DNA of 48,565 nt, taken from Candidatus Bipolaricaulia bacterium (GTDB taxonomy: Bacteria; Bipolaricaulota; Bipolaricaulia; M55B111). The DNA lies in assembly GCA_042218715.1 (NCBI GenBank), contig JBDGQU010000158.1, forward strand, positions 1 through 48,565, written 5' to 3'. Under the pieces are notes generated by a model. The model was not told the origin of the DNA. It worked only from the letters and a program-made list of their open reading frames with translations, and made no database searches. A program made the translations under genes and the position numbers. How positions within the stretch are numbered: position 1 is the stretch's first letter; every line of letters begins with the position of its first letter. Below are positions 27,914 to 38,020 of this stretch, piece by piece.

Positions 27914-28429
27914 ATGAATATTAATACGGCAATAATGCTCGGTATATTTACGCTTCTGGGGGCGCTTAGCTGGTTCATGCAGGGGGTAGAAGGTGTTATT
28001 AACGGTTTAAAATCCAGCCTGGGTACCCTAAATAACGTATGGGCGTTACTTCTTCTAGCCATGGGAGTGGCCGGTTTCCTCCGCGTATTAATTCCCCAGG
28101 AAGTAGTTTCAACTTACCTGGGACCGACCAGCGGGATGAAGGGTTACCTGATCGCGTGGGGGGTGGGAGCCGTAACTCCGGGTGCTCCTTTCACCATATA
28201 CCCCATAGCCGTTTCACTACTGGATGCTGGTTCGGGTATCGGTCAGGTAATGACCATGATCCTCTCGGCAAGCATAGGTGTTGCGCTGACCAGGGTACCG
28301 TACGAAATAGCGTTTCTGGGCTGGAGGTTCTCGCTATTAAGGTTCCTATCGACCTTTGTCGTCCCGATTCTGGGTGGATTAATAGCGGGATATCTAACTA
28401 AATTCTTTCAGTTTGGGTCGTTTAGTTAG
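27914..28429 (+). CDS. Small (171-aa) polytopic permease-like protein
   Basis: 4-5 TM helices with AAGGGGG upstream. It resembles half of a two-repeat permease, but the family is not identifiable by eye. Confidence 0.45.
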   Translation: MNINTAIMLGIFTLLGALSWFMQGVEGVINGLKSSLGTLNNVWALLLLAMGVAGFLRVLIPQEVVSTYLGPTSGMKGYLIAWGVGAVTPGAPFTIYPIAVSLLDAGSGIGQVMTMILSASIGVALTRVPYEIAFLGWRFSLLRFLSTFVVPILGGLIAGYLTKFFQFGSFS

Positions 28430-28454
28430 CAGCAAACCGGGTAATTTGGTACAA

Positions 28455-29177
28455 TTAAAATCCCAGAGCCTCACGTTTTAACAGGTCAATTATTCCTACC
28501 GTATCTATATCCTTGGGACAGGCTTCTTCGCAATTAAATACCTTGTTGCAGCCCCAGACCCCTCCGCGATTATCGTCCAGCAAGTTCATCCTTTCATCGT
28601 CACTCTCATCCCGGCTATCTCGTTCCCAGCGAAAAGCTTTAACGAAAGCTGCTGGGCCAAAGTATTTCTTATTATCCCAGTAGGTCGGACAGGACGAAGT
28701 ACAGGCCCCACACATTATACACTTTGTGGCTTCCTGAATTTGCTCCAGCTCCTCCGGAGTCTGTAGTCTTTCTTCTTTTGTCACCGAACCATTTTTCACA
28801 ATTAAGTACGGACTTACCTTCTCGTCCTGCGCAAAAAACGATTCCAGCTCAGCCACCAGGTCTTTTACGACCGGAAAGCCCGGTAGCGGGGAAACTTTTA
28901 TCCTTGTCTCCTTTTCGGAGACTAAATCAATCAAATGAGTTTTACAGGCTAACCGGTTTTCCCCGTTAATCAACATGGCGCAAGACCCACAGGACCCGTG
29001 TCCGCAGGAGTGGCGAAAGGTTAGGCTTCCCTCTTTTTCTTCTTTCAGCCTTTTCAAGGAGTCGAGTACGGTCAATTCCTCCAGATCACCTTGATCTACG
29101 GGTAAAGAAAACTCCTGATAGAAATTCCCTTCTTTCTTTTCCGGGTTATATCTATTAACTTCAAAAACTATCTCCAC
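28455..29177 (-). CDS. sdhB: Succinate dehydrogenase/fumarate reductase iron-sulfur subunit
   Basis: Cluster motifs CGHGSCGSCAMLINGENRLAC (2Fe-2S), CIMCGACTSSCP (4Fe-4S) and CNKVFNCEEACP (3Fe-4S). GTG at 29177 with AAGAAAGAGG upstream is preferred. The longer track ORF would overlap sdhA by 76 nt. Confidence 0.88.
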   Translation of the reverse strand: MEIVFEVNRYNPEKKEGNFYQEFSLPVDQGDLEELTVLDSLKRLKEEKEGSLTFRHSCGHGSCGSCAMLINGENRLACKTHLIDLVSEKETRIKVSPLPGFPVVKDLVAELESFFAQDEKVSPYLIVKNGSVTKEERLQTPEELEQIQEATKCIMCGACTSSCPTYWDNKKYFGPAAFVKAFRWERDSRDESDDERMNLLDDNRGGVWGCNKVFNCEEACPKDIDTVGIIDLLKREALGF

Positions 29178-29206
29178 AATTATCGCCTCTTTCTTAATTT
29201 CGGTTT

Positions 29207-30901
29207 TTAAACGTCGACCTTCCTGTACCGGTGCTTTATCTCGCCGCTCGAGCCTCTGTACAGGAACGAATGCTGTAACCAATCCGAATCATTTCGATCA
29301 GGATAGTCAGTTCTAAAATGAGCTCCCCGACTTTCTTCTCTGGCAAGCGCCGCTTCGACAATAACTTCCGAGTACTCCAGCATATTACCCAGCTCCAGAG
29401 CCATTTTTAGCTCGGTATTGAATTTCCGACTCTTGTCATTAACGGTCAATTTTTCTTTATAATCTTCCTGTAGCTGGTTAATTTGGTTCAACGCCTCTCT
29501 CAGGTCGTCCCGAGACCGGAAAACCCCACATTTCTCCGTCATGGTTTTCTTCAATCGGTCACGTAATACGTGACTTTTGACAGATCCCTCTTTCCCCAAT
29601 AAAGACTCGATTCTGGAACCGTATTTGCTCACATCCGCTTTACCCACCTCCGCCCCAGCAGAATTATTTGCTTGTTGGGCTGCAAATCGGCCGGCCCTTT
29701 TGCCAAATGTCACTGCTTCCAACAAAGAGTTCGTTCCCAGTCTGTTTGCTCCGTGGACACTCACACAGGCTACTTCACCCGCTGCGTACAGATTTTTCCA
29801 GGTAACGCTTTTTTCCTTACTCTGGACTCGAGCCTTGGTGTCGGTCGGTATTCCACCCATGCAGTAGTGTGCCATCGGCTGAACCGGTATTGGTCGCTCT
29901 ACCGGATCGACTTTGGCAAAGTCCAAAGCAAGTTCTCTTATTGTCGGTAACTTTTGTTCTATCTTTTTTCTGGAAAGGTGGGTCAGATCCAGATGGAGAT
30001 AATTTTCTCCGTTTATCCCTCTTCCCTCGTTAATTTCCCGTTGCATCCCCTTTACTACCCGATCCCGCGACGCAAGCTCCATATCTTCGGGCTCGTACCT
30101 TTCCATAAACCGTTCTCCCCTGTCGTTTTTGAGGTAACCTCCTTCACCACGAGCCGCTTCGGTAATCAGGATCCCCTTATCTTTTAAACCGGTCGGGTGA
30201 AACTGGATAAATTCCATATCTTCCAGGGGTATTCCATTCCTTAAGGCTATAGCCAGTCCGTCCCCAGTACTTGCCGCTCCACTACTGGTTAACTCGTAAG
30301 CCTGGCTCGGACCTCCGGTGGCAAGGATTATTGCTCCTGCCCGAAAAATAACGATTTCGCCAGTTTTGATGTCGTAAGCCACCAACCCCGATACGGAATG
30401 TTCTTCGGTTAGCAGGTCCAGAACGAAGAATTCGTCGTAAAAGGATGTTCCTCGCTTGACGTTTTCACCGTAAAGAGCATAAACTATTGCATGTCCCGTT
30501 CGATCCGCGGCATAAAGTGCTCGGGGAAGACTGTGCCCGCCAAAAGGTCTTTGGTCAAGAGACCCTCCCTCGGTCCTGCTGAACGGAACCCCCATATGTT
30601 CTAGCTCAATTACATTCTCGGTAGCGTTCCGTGTCAGGACCTCGCCGGCATCTCTATCGACGAGACCAGCTCCGCCCTTAACGGTGTCCTTTAGATGCTT
30701 CTTCCAACTGTCGTCCCCGTTATCACCGGTATTTCCCAGTGAAGCAGCTATCCCCCCCTGAGCAGAAACCGAATGAGACCGAAGAGTTCTAACCTTGGAT
30801 ATCACGCCCAGATTATCTACGTGCTTATCCGCTTCTATCGCGGCACGGAGACCGGCCGCCCCGCCACCAACTATCAACAACTTGTGCTCTATAGTTTTCA
30901 T
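29207..30901 (-). CDS. sdhA: Succinate dehydrogenase/fumarate reductase flavoprotein subunit
   Basis: [14 protein letters not shown] fold, [23 protein letters not shown] and ESRGAHFR catalytic motifs. Confidence 0.92.
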   Translation of the reverse strand: MKTIEHKLLIVGGGAAGLRAAIEADKHVDNLGVISKVRTLRSHSVSAQGGIAASLGNTGDNGDDSWKKHLKDTVKGGAGLVDRDAGEVLTRNATENVIELEHMGVPFSRTEGGSLDQRPFGGHSLPRALYAADRTGHAIVYALYGENVKRGTSFYDEFFVLDLLTEEHSVSGLVAYDIKTGEIVIFRAGAIILATGGPSQAYELTSSGAASTGDGLAIALRNGIPLEDMEFIQFHPTGLKDKGILITEAARGEGGYLKNDRGERFMERYEPEDMELASRDRVVKGMQREINEGRGINGENYLHLDLTHLSRKKIEQKLPTIRELALDFAKVDPVERPIPVQPMAHYCMGGIPTDTKARVQSKEKSVTWKNLYAAGEVACVSVHGANRLGTNSLLEAVTFGKRAGRFAAQQANNSAGAEVGKADVSKYGSRIESLLGKEGSVKSHVLRDRLKKTMTEKCGVFRSRDDLREALNQINQLQEDYKEKLTVNDKSRKFNTELKMALELGNMLEYSEVIVEAALAREESRGAHFRTDYPDRNDSDWLQHSFLYRGSSGEIKHRYRKVDV

Positions 30902-30931
30902 TTGACCTCCCTTAGCAATATTTTTCCACCA

Positions 30932-31606
30932 CTATGGCAATACTTTCGAGTCAAGTACGTTCTTATCGACTATCCGGCCTTCGGCCATATAGTAGTCCCG
31001 CTGTGCCAATTCTGCGGCCAATTGGAAATTTTGTTCTACAAACAATATCGAAACACCCGAATCGTATATCTTCTTCACCTTCTGGGAAAATTCGATAGCG
31101 ATTTCTTGGGCCAAACCGAGGGAAAACTCGTCCAGCAGTAAAAGTTCCGGGTTGGTCATTAATGCCTTTCCCAGGGCCAACATGTGCCTTTCGCCTCCGC
31201 TTAACTTGGTAGCTTCTTGTCCGCCTTTTTCCTTCAATAAAGGAAAAAGATCAAATGCTGGCTCCAGCCTCTCAACCTCTTCCGGATAAAGGAATTTCCC
31301 CAGCTCAAGATTCTCTCGGACGCTCATCTGCGGGAAAAGTTGAGATTCCGAAGGGCAATAACTCAACCCTAGTTTAACTCGATCGTGAGGAGGGAGTTCG
31401 GCCAAACTTCTCCCCTTGAAGTTCAACTTATCAGCCACAGTTTTTTCCAGTCCCGCCAAAGACCTGAGAGTCATAGTTTTTCCGGACCCGTTCTCCCCCA
31501 GGAGAGCGACGATCTCTCTTTCGGAGACTTTAATATTTATATCGGTCAAAATCTGACTCTGGTCAACCCTAAGCCCCAGACCCTCAACTCTTAGCAGTTC
31601 TTCCAT
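30932..31606 (-). CDS. Branched-chain-amino-acid-type ABC transporter ATP-binding protein (LivF-like)
   Basis: GENGSGKT Walker A, LSGGERHML signature and LLLDEFSLGL Walker B. Confidence 0.85.
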   Translation of the reverse strand: MEELLRVEGLGLRVDQSQILTDINIKVSEREIVALLGENGSGKTMTLRSLAGLEKTVADKLNFKGRSLAELPPHDRVKLGLSYCPSESQLFPQMSVRENLELGKFLYPEEVERLEPAFDLFPLLKEKGGQEATKLSGGERHMLALGKALMTNPELLLLDEFSLGLAQEIAIEFSQKVKKIYDSGVSILFVEQNFQLAAELAQRDYYMAEGRIVDKNVLDSKVLP

Positions 31607-32300
31607 TTGGTATAGTAATCCTCCCGGATTCCATATATACTAACCTATCGGCCACGTTTGCCACGGAAGCGATGTTATGCTCTACAAGAACCACTGTAAG
31701 GCCTTCAGAGTTTAAAAATCTTAAGAGCTCTGCCAGCTCCCGGAGATCATAAGAGTGAGTGCCACTAAAAGGCTCGTCCAACAATAGCAACTTCGGATTA
31801 GTTGCAATGGCTATTGCCAGCTCCAACCTCCGACTGTAACCGTAAGATAGGTTTTGGGCTAAAAAATCCGAATATTTTTGTAGTTCTGTAACGTTTAAAA
31901 CCCATTCTACAGGAGAGTCACCCTCTGTGTTCAGTTCTTCGCCCTCCTCTCGAATAGCCGTAAAGGTCCCCTTGTCACCGGCGGAATAGGTAGCGGTAAT
32001 TACGTTATCTCGGACGGTCAATCCGGGGAAAACTCTGCTCCCCTGAAAAGTCCTGGTTATTCCCGCTTCGACCCTTTTGTGTACTGGCCAGCTTGAAATG
32101 TTTTTCCCCTCAAAGTAAACCGCTCCCGAAGTAGGCGAGATGAAACCGCTTATCAAATTGAAAAGGGTGGTCTTACCCGCCCCATTAGGACCAACAAGGC
32201 CAATGATATCTCCTTTTTTGATTGTTAGATTAACTTGGCTTACGGCCCTGAGCCCACCAAAATCTCTCGTTAAATTATCCGTACGCAGTAACTCTTCCAT
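31584..32300 (-). CDS. Branched-chain-amino-acid-type ABC transporter ATP-binding protein (LivG-like)
   Basis: FGGLRAV, GPNGAGKTT, LSYGYSRRLE and LLLDEPFSG. Confidence 0.85.
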   Translation of the reverse strand: MEELLRTDNLTRDFGGLRAVSQVNLTIKKGDIIGLVGPNGAGKTTLFNLISGFISPTSGAVYFEGKNISSWPVHKRVEAGITRTFQGSRVFPGLTVRDNVITATYSAGDKGTFTAIREEGEELNTEGDSPVEWVLNVTELQKYSDFLAQNLSYGYSRRLELAIAIATNPKLLLLDEPFSGTHSYDLRELAELLRFLNSEGLTVVLVEHNIASVANVADRLVYMESGRITIPNGRTAKS

Positions 32301-32306
32301 AGAAAA

Positions 32307-34253
32307 TCAAACCGTTTCCTCCCTTTCACCGCCATTACCCACTTCTCCTTCCTTTTTAACCCCTCCCACTTTTACGTATTTATCGGGTAGCACTTTTTCT
32401 AGAATTCTCTTCCCCATACCGATCAGTCCCCCGGGCATATAAAGCAAGGAGACTATCAATATTCCGCTAAAAACGATCTGGGACAGGTAAGAGTTGAAGT
32501 AATGAGTTAACTCTTCAACCCCATTTAGAAGTGTCGCGCCAAGCACGGGACCAAACAAGCTCCCCAGGCCACCGATCCTATTCATCATAAGAAACCTGAA
32601 AGAAGTTACAAAATCAAACAAGTTCGGATGTAAAAAGGCTACGTAATGGGCGTACAGAGCACCCCCCAAGCCTGCTACGGAAGCACTTAAGCCAAACGTC
32701 AATATTTTATACTTCCTGGTCGGTATCCCAATTGATTTTGCCAGCCCCTCGTCCTCCCTGATGGCCTTGATCGATCGACCAAACCAGGAACTCAAAATCC
32801 TTTGCTTTAACCATAAAATTATACACAAAACGATTACGACTAAAATATAGTAAGTTTGCTTACTGAGAAACGGGTTAAACTTTAGCCCTTCGATTCCGGG
32901 AAGCTTCAACGCAAGGATCGGTACCCCCGAGATACCGCTCGCCCCTCCTGTAATGAAATCCAGGTTCGTAAACAGGATCGTAAAAATAATTGTCGTTATA
33001 AAAGTAAAAGAAGTCCAGTGGCGACCGGCCCTTACACCGATGAGACCGACAATTAGCCCAGTAAGCCCACTTATTACTAACCCTCCGGCCAGCCCGAGAA
33101 GAACGAAATCACCGAAATTCATTGTTAATACCGCCGAGGCGTAAGCTCCAACCCCAAAGAAGGCACCCTGAGCCAGTGAGGGCGAGCCCACGTAACCGTA
33201 AAGTAAATCCAGGCTGGTAACGGCAACAGATGCTATTCCTATCATAACCGCCAGGTGAAATAAATAGGAGGGTAGGTTTACGAACAAAGGCACGACCAAT
33301 CCCACCAAAAACAGAATTCTGGTTAGCCTTGCTTTACCAGGCAACCTAAAGTGGATTTTCCTTTTATCGCTCCGTCTAATTCTTCTCCTTTCTTCCGGAC
33401 CCAGGACTTCCGGTCTAAATAGCATTACAAGAATTAAAAGGGCAAACGGAATTAAATTGCTGAATTTCCCCAAAAAGTAAACTGAAGTCAGGGACTCCAC
33501 CACGCCTATGATCGCCGCCAGGCCAATAACCCCCGGGATTGATCCCATGGCAATCCTCGAAATTACGAAGGCCTTAAGCACAGGAAATCTCCCCGTGAAC
33601 GGGGTAAAAGTATAAACGGGAGCTGTCAGGAATCCAGTCAAACCTGCGAGCGAACCAGCCACGGCGAAAGCAATAGAGGTCGTTTTTGTAAAATTGATCC
33701 CTACCAAAGAGGCGGCCTCCTGATTTTGAGAAACTGCCCGAAGTCCCTTTCCCCACCTCGACTTCTGCAATAAATACCAGACGAGTGCCGCCAAAAAGAT
33801 CGCGATCAAAATTACGAAAAGTTTGTGAGAAAAAATCGAGGCCGACCCGACCTGAATCATCCGAGGAAGGATTGGCGAGGAAATCGTTTTTGCCCGTTCC
33901 CCGTAGATCATTGCCGTTAGACTCTGAACGATAATCAGGAGGCTGACCGCCCCCAGGAAGGTCGGGGCTATTCCGTATTCCCGTAACTTCCGATAAACGA
34001 ATGTACCAAATATGATGCTAATGACAGCCGTCAGCGGAATTACGAAAATAGGGGCTAAAAAATAACTAAACCCCAGCCTTTCTACCACTGTATAAGTCAG
34101 GTAAGCCCCGACCGTGAATAGGCCACCTTGAGCTACGTCCCCAACATCCAGCACTCCGAATACGATGGAGACACCCAGAGCGAGAAGACCGTAATAACTC
34201 CCAAGAAACAGTCCGTCCAGGACAAACTTCGGGAGAATCCCCCACTCAATCAT
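32307..34253 (-). CDS. Fused LivH/LivM-type ABC transporter permease
   Basis: 648-aa polytopic protein. The two permease halves are joined by a basic linker (RRRIRRSDKRK). Confidence 0.8.
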   Translation of the reverse strand: MIEWGILPKFVLDGLFLGSYYGLLALGVSIVFGVLDVGDVAQGGLFTVGAYLTYTVVERLGFSYFLAPIFVIPLTAVISIIFGTFVYRKLREYGIAPTFLGAVSLLIIVQSLTAMIYGERAKTISSPILPRMIQVGSASIFSHKLFVILIAIFLAALVWYLLQKSRWGKGLRAVSQNQEAASLVGINFTKTTSIAFAVAGSLAGLTGFLTAPVYTFTPFTGRFPVLKAFVISRIAMGSIPGVIGLAAIIGVVESLTSVYFLGKFSNLIPFALLILVMLFRPEVLGPEERRRIRRSDKRKIHFRLPGKARLTRILFLVGLVVPLFVNLPSYLFHLAVMIGIASVAVTSLDLLYGYVGSPSLAQGAFFGVGAYASAVLTMNFGDFVLLGLAGGLVISGLTGLIVGLIGVRAGRHWTSFTFITTIIFTILFTNLDFITGGASGISGVPILALKLPGIEGLKFNPFLSKQTYYILVVIVLCIILWLKQRILSSWFGRSIKAIREDEGLAKSIGIPTRKYKILTFGLSASVAGLGGALYAHYVAFLHPNLFDFVTSFRFLMMNRIGGLGSLFGPVLGATLLNGVEELTHYFNSYLSQIVFSGILIVSLLYMPGGLIGMGKRILEKVLPDKYVKVGGVKKEGEVGNGGEREETV

Positions 34254-34265
34254 ACATACTGCCTA

Positions 34266-35615
34266 CTAGGAGCAAAGGGGGCCGAGCAAGTCCTCACCGT
34301 ATCCCCGATCCTTTAACAGATAATGTTTCTGGCCTTTAAATGTACCTACTCCAAGTCGGATGTTGAACTGACCACAACTCAAGAAGCCGTAATTTCCGTA
34401 AGGAGTTTTCATCACGGGACCGGGTTCCGAGGAAGAACTCGGCGGTAAGAGGTAAGAAATTGCCTCTTGCGGTAGAGATTGACGGCGATCAAGCGATAAA
34501 ACCTCTTCCTTGCCTCGTCTCTCGATCATTCCTTCTATCGCCTGTTTGAGTATGTACATGCTCCCCCATCCCCAGCTACCGGAAGGAGGAGAAACCGGAG
34601 GATGGCCATATTTTTTAACAAAAGCCGCCTCCATCTCCTTAGCCTGACTCGGAGTACGGCCTCCTTTAAAGCCTCTCTCGTAATCCTCGCTTTCGTAATG
34701 CACGGCGTAAATTATTCCGTCGCCCATACCTTTCTCCAGTACCTGCCTCTCGAAATCCACCGACCCGTTCGGCGTCTGCCCCGTGTAAAACCCGAACTCA
34801 TCCTTATCAATCCCTCTCCGGTCGAACTGCCGGACAACGGAAATTATGTCCGCCGGTATGCCGGTTCCCATAATAACTCCATCGGCGGAAGAATTTAACG
34901 CCTTCGTCAACAAAGGAGAGAAATCGGTTTGAAAGGGTGTATAATAATCTACTCCAACAACCTCTCCTCCGTTCGTTCTCTCCAGTAGTTTCCGTACCAC
35001 GTCTTCATAAATTCTCCCCTGCTGGTTATTTGGTACGAACAGATAAAGCTGTTTATCCTCTCTCTCCTCCATCAGGTATTTAATGACAGGGGCCATCTGC
35101 AAAATCGTCCGGGTTCCGTATCTAATCGACAGAGGATATTTACTGTGATTCTCCGTAAAGCTGGCAACAGTTCCAAAAAATACCTGAGGAATTTTCGCCG
35201 CACCGAATATAGGCTGAGTAGCCATTCCATGAGTACCAATTAACGGTCCGAGAGCAAAACCAATATCTCCTCGATTAACCAGCCTTCGAGCAGCCTTTGA
35301 AGCTCCGGTCTGGGAAGTTTTGCCATCTTTAACGACTAATTCCAGCTTTATTTCTCCCCCGATTCCCCCTCCATCATTTATTCGATTAACCGCTAACCTG
35401 GCACCTTTCTCGATCGTCTTCCCCACAGGAGCATTAGGGCCGGTGAGGGAAAATATCCCCCCGACTTTCAGCGGGCCGGAAGCAGTCCGGGCACTATTTG
35501 ACAAAGCAAAAGGGAGAGAAAGTGACAATAATGAACCGCCGGTAAATTTGAGAAACCTTCTTCTGGTTAGGCTTTTATCCTTATCTCGAGAGCTTTCACT
35601 TAGCACATTTATCAC
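34266..35615 (-). CDS. LivK/Peripla_BP_6-type substrate-binding protein with a twin-arginine signal peptide
   Basis: LTRRRFLKF matches the Tat consensus S/T-R-R-x-F-L-K. LKVGGIFSLTGPNAPVGK...AVNRINDGGGIGG is typical of Liv/urea/amide binding proteins. GTG start; an alternative GTG lies 9 nt downstream. Confidence 0.8.
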   Translation of the reverse strand: MINVLSESSRDKDKSLTRRRFLKFTGGSLLSLSLPFALSNSARTASGPLKVGGIFSLTGPNAPVGKTIEKGARLAVNRINDGGGIGGEIKLELVVKDGKTSQTGASKAARRLVNRGDIGFALGPLIGTHGMATQPIFGAAKIPQVFFGTVASFTENHSKYPLSIRYGTRTILQMAPVIKYLMEEREDKQLYLFVPNNQQGRIYEDVVRKLLERTNGGEVVGVDYYTPFQTDFSPLLTKALNSSADGVIMGTGIPADIISVVRQFDRRGIDKDEFGFYTGQTPNGSVDFERQVLEKGMGDGIIYAVHYESEDYERGFKGGRTPSQAKEMEAAFVKKYGHPPVSPPSGSWGWGSMYILKQAIEGMIERRGKEEVLSLDRRQSLPQEAISYLLPPSSSSEPGPVMKTPYGNYGFLSCGQFNIRLGVGTFKGQKHYLLKDRGYGEDLLGPLCS

Positions 35616-35691
35616 TCCTTTCCTTATAGGATATTGAATTTCGAAGAATACCCACCCTGTGGGCGGGGATAGAAAAATTCAAACGATTTCT

Positions 35692-37176
35692 TTATTCCTC
35701 TACTTTAAATGCATATCGAAAGTGATAACCCTGGGGGTGGGAGTTCCAGTTCAAAAACGGCCGACGGTATATGAATGGAACCTCGAATGCTTCCTTAGCA
35801 AAATTCCATTGTTTTTCGATTGTCGGGTAGATATCTATGATGTGCCAGCCAGGGCTCCCAGTGGCCTTAAGCTTCCCTTCAACTATTCCCGGAATATCGC
35901 CTCCGCAAACGTAACCTATATAAGAGTTATCGTATAGAATAGTGGCCTGGTTCCAGGTTTCATTCCACCCTACACCTTGTCCATTTATAGTAATCTGCGT
36001 ACCAACTGGGCCACTTGTTGGTTTCAACTCGTCAAAAACAGGAAGAACGATTACGGACGTCGTCGCCACTTTTTCTCCATCAATGACCGCGTGAATCGGC
36101 TGAGGACCGCCCTGGACCGACTCCGGTGCCGGGGTGATTTCGGTAGTTAATTTACCATTAGCCCCAACAGTGGAATTTTTAGTCAACACGGTCGTCTCCG
36201 TATACTCCTCATTTTTTCTTACGTCCTCGCGTAAATCGTTTCCTTCTATGAGCGACCAGGTTAGTTTGACCTGAGCCCCCGGAGGAAACCCAAATCCTTC
36301 CACCGTGACGGAATCATTGACCGGAATTGCCCGCTCACGCGTAGTCAGAAATGCACCATCTTCAGGCTTGGGGTTACCATTTTCCCGGAGTACCTGATCC
36401 GGAATTTGCTCATCTATCGGGGGTGGTAATTCGGGCTGACCTTCGGTCAGTTCAAAAGTCCAGGATAGATCTACTGTCCCCGGCATTGAAGTCAAACCGA
36501 TGTGAGATTGACGGTAAGATCCAGTGTTGCCAAACGGGCACCGCTCCACATCAATTACGTGAGGACCCGGCCTGCCTGTCGCCGGAATGTTTATTTTGGC
36601 AGTTCCGTTTGGGGTTACAGGACTGATCATCCCTGTATGCTTATTATCGTAATAAATATGATAAACCGAATTGTCCACTGAACGGGGAACCGGAAGTGGT
36701 AGACCGCGTGCCGTGATGGTTATTGGAGACCCTAACGGCCCTGAGTCCGGCTCAACAGAGAAACTGGGAACTACCAGAATTCTTACTTTATTGATCCTCT
36801 TATCTTCGCTGATAAGATAAATATCATGCGAAGCGCCGTAGTCTTCCGGTACTTCAATATTCGCAAGGAATTTCCCTTGCTCACCTGTTTCCACCGATTC
36901 GAGGATCTTCTGCCTTTCCTCGTGTTGAAACCCAAGAAACTTTCCCCATAAAACACCATCCGAATTCCTTTCTACGTCCCAATCTGCTTCGTAAGAACGC
37001 CACAATAACTGGAACTCGCTTTCTGGTGGCAAGCCTTCTCCTCGAACTTCCACCTCTTCACCTACATTAGCTTCTTCTGGGGTTAAACTTAACTCCCCCT
37101 GAAAACCTTCCTCGGGAGTTGGCATTTCGTTTAGATCTCTAATAATCCCCTCTTCGCTTCCTTTAACTTTTGTCAT
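35692..37176 (-). CDS. Uncharacterised protein with about four IPT/TIG-like beta-sandwich repeats and no signal peptide
   Basis: Repeated motifs VEPDSGPLGSPITITARGLP and LKPTSGPVGTQITINGQGVG. Strong RBS GAAAGGAGGAGG upstream of the ATG. Confidence 0.6.
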   Translation of the reverse strand: MTKVKGSEEGIIRDLNEMPTPEEGFQGELSLTPEEANVGEEVEVRGEGLPPESEFQLLWRSYEADWDVERNSDGVLWGKFLGFQHEERQKILESVETGEQGKFLANIEVPEDYGASHDIYLISEDKRINKVRILVVPSFSVEPDSGPLGSPITITARGLPLPVPRSVDNSVYHIYYDNKHTGMISPVTPNGTAKINIPATGRPGPHVIDVERCPFGNTGSYRQSHIGLTSMPGTVDLSWTFELTEGQPELPPPIDEQIPDQVLRENGNPKPEDGAFLTTRERAIPVNDSVTVEGFGFPPGAQVKLTWSLIEGNDLREDVRKNEEYTETTVLTKNSTVGANGKLTTEITPAPESVQGGPQPIHAVIDGEKVATTSVIVLPVFDELKPTSGPVGTQITINGQGVGWNETWNQATILYDNSYIGYVCGGDIPGIVEGKLKATGSPGWHIIDIYPTIEKQWNFAKEAFEVPFIYRRPFLNWNSHPQGYHFRYAFKVEE

Positions 37177-37192
37177 TTTTGCCTCCTCCTTT

Positions 37193-37229
37193 CACAAATA
37201 AAATAAGGGGGCCAATTTCTGACCCCCTT
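37193..37229 (-). terminator. Intrinsic terminator-like hairpin between the 202-aa and 494-aa genes
   Basis: The minus-strand RNA aagggggtc-agaaatt-ggccccctt forms a 9-bp stem (including one G-U pair), followed by attttattt. Confidence 0.5.
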
Positions 37230-37276
37230 ATCTTACCGAATATCGGTACCGATCGTAAAGCAAATAACAATAAAAT

Positions 37277-37885
37277 CTATCTTTCCTCTATGGTCAAAGC
37301 ACGAGGGAAGGTTTCTACGTTTTTGTCCCCAAACATCTCTAGCTTGCCCGTTCGGCCTTCCTTGTCCTTGGCCGTTATCGAATAAGTCATTTTACCCGTT
37401 GAAGCACCAGGTGAAATCTTCCAGCTTCCTGACCAGAAATACACCTTGGGTTTTTCGTCTGGCGGATGAGCGCCATGGTGCATGTCTATCTTTTTACCGT
37501 TCTCCAACTCTACCTGTAACTTCAGCCCTCGTTTCTGGATTTCCGCGTGATCATTAATCTTCTTACCCGTTTTCCCGCTAAAGGTGACGGCGTGCCAGAC
37601 GATCGTTTCGCCCTTCTTGAACGTGCTGGATAGCTCACACGGTGCCCCGGTACCTTGAACGACACCGCCACCGCCTTTAACTACTTCGTTCACTATTACG
37701 TAATCCTGTCCTTCTGCTGCAGCGGCCTCGAAGTTTGTAACCGCGAGAGAGCTGAAAGCAATTCCACCGACAGTCGCAGCGGCGCTCTTGATAAAGTCCC
37801 GGCGATTTAGATTGTCCAGAAGACTTCCCTCTTCTTCAGTTGTTTCAATTTCTTTGACCTCTTCGCTCATGTTGAATACCCCCAT
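37277..37885 (-). CDS. Uncharacterised secreted protein with a twin-arginine signal peptide
   Basis: NRRDFIKSAAATVGGIAFSSLAV...AAAAEG is a Tat-type signal. The mature part is beta-rich with a MHHGAHPPD motif. The likely true start is the ATG at 37870 (GGGGG upstream). Confidence 0.6.
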   Translation of the reverse strand: MGVFNMSEEVKEIETTEEEGSLLDNLNRRDFIKSAAATVGGIAFSSLAVTNFEAAAAEGQDYVIVNEVVKGGGGVVQGTGAPCELSSTFKKGETIVWHAVTFSGKTGKKINDHAEIQKRGLKLQVELENGKKIDMHHGAHPPDEKPKVYFWSGSWKISPGASTGKMTYSITAKDKEGRTGKLEMFGDKNVETFPRALTIEER

Positions 37886-38020
37886 TATTGGTTAATGAGA
37901 AAATTGATTTTATTAATGACTTATCTCTAATTTAACGCCTCTAACTCACTTACAACGCTAATAGTGCTGGTGAATTAAAGCTTTTAAACCACCTCCAATC
38001 ACGACTTGACCTCTAATAAT

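Noticed and set aside
29178-29282. The longer SdhB N-terminus given by the ORF track (start at 29282).
   Set aside because: It would overlap the sdhA 3' end by 76 nt, and the added residues ([24 protein letters not shown]...) are not SdhB-like. The GTG at 29177 has a good SD and gives a canonical ~240-aa SdhB.
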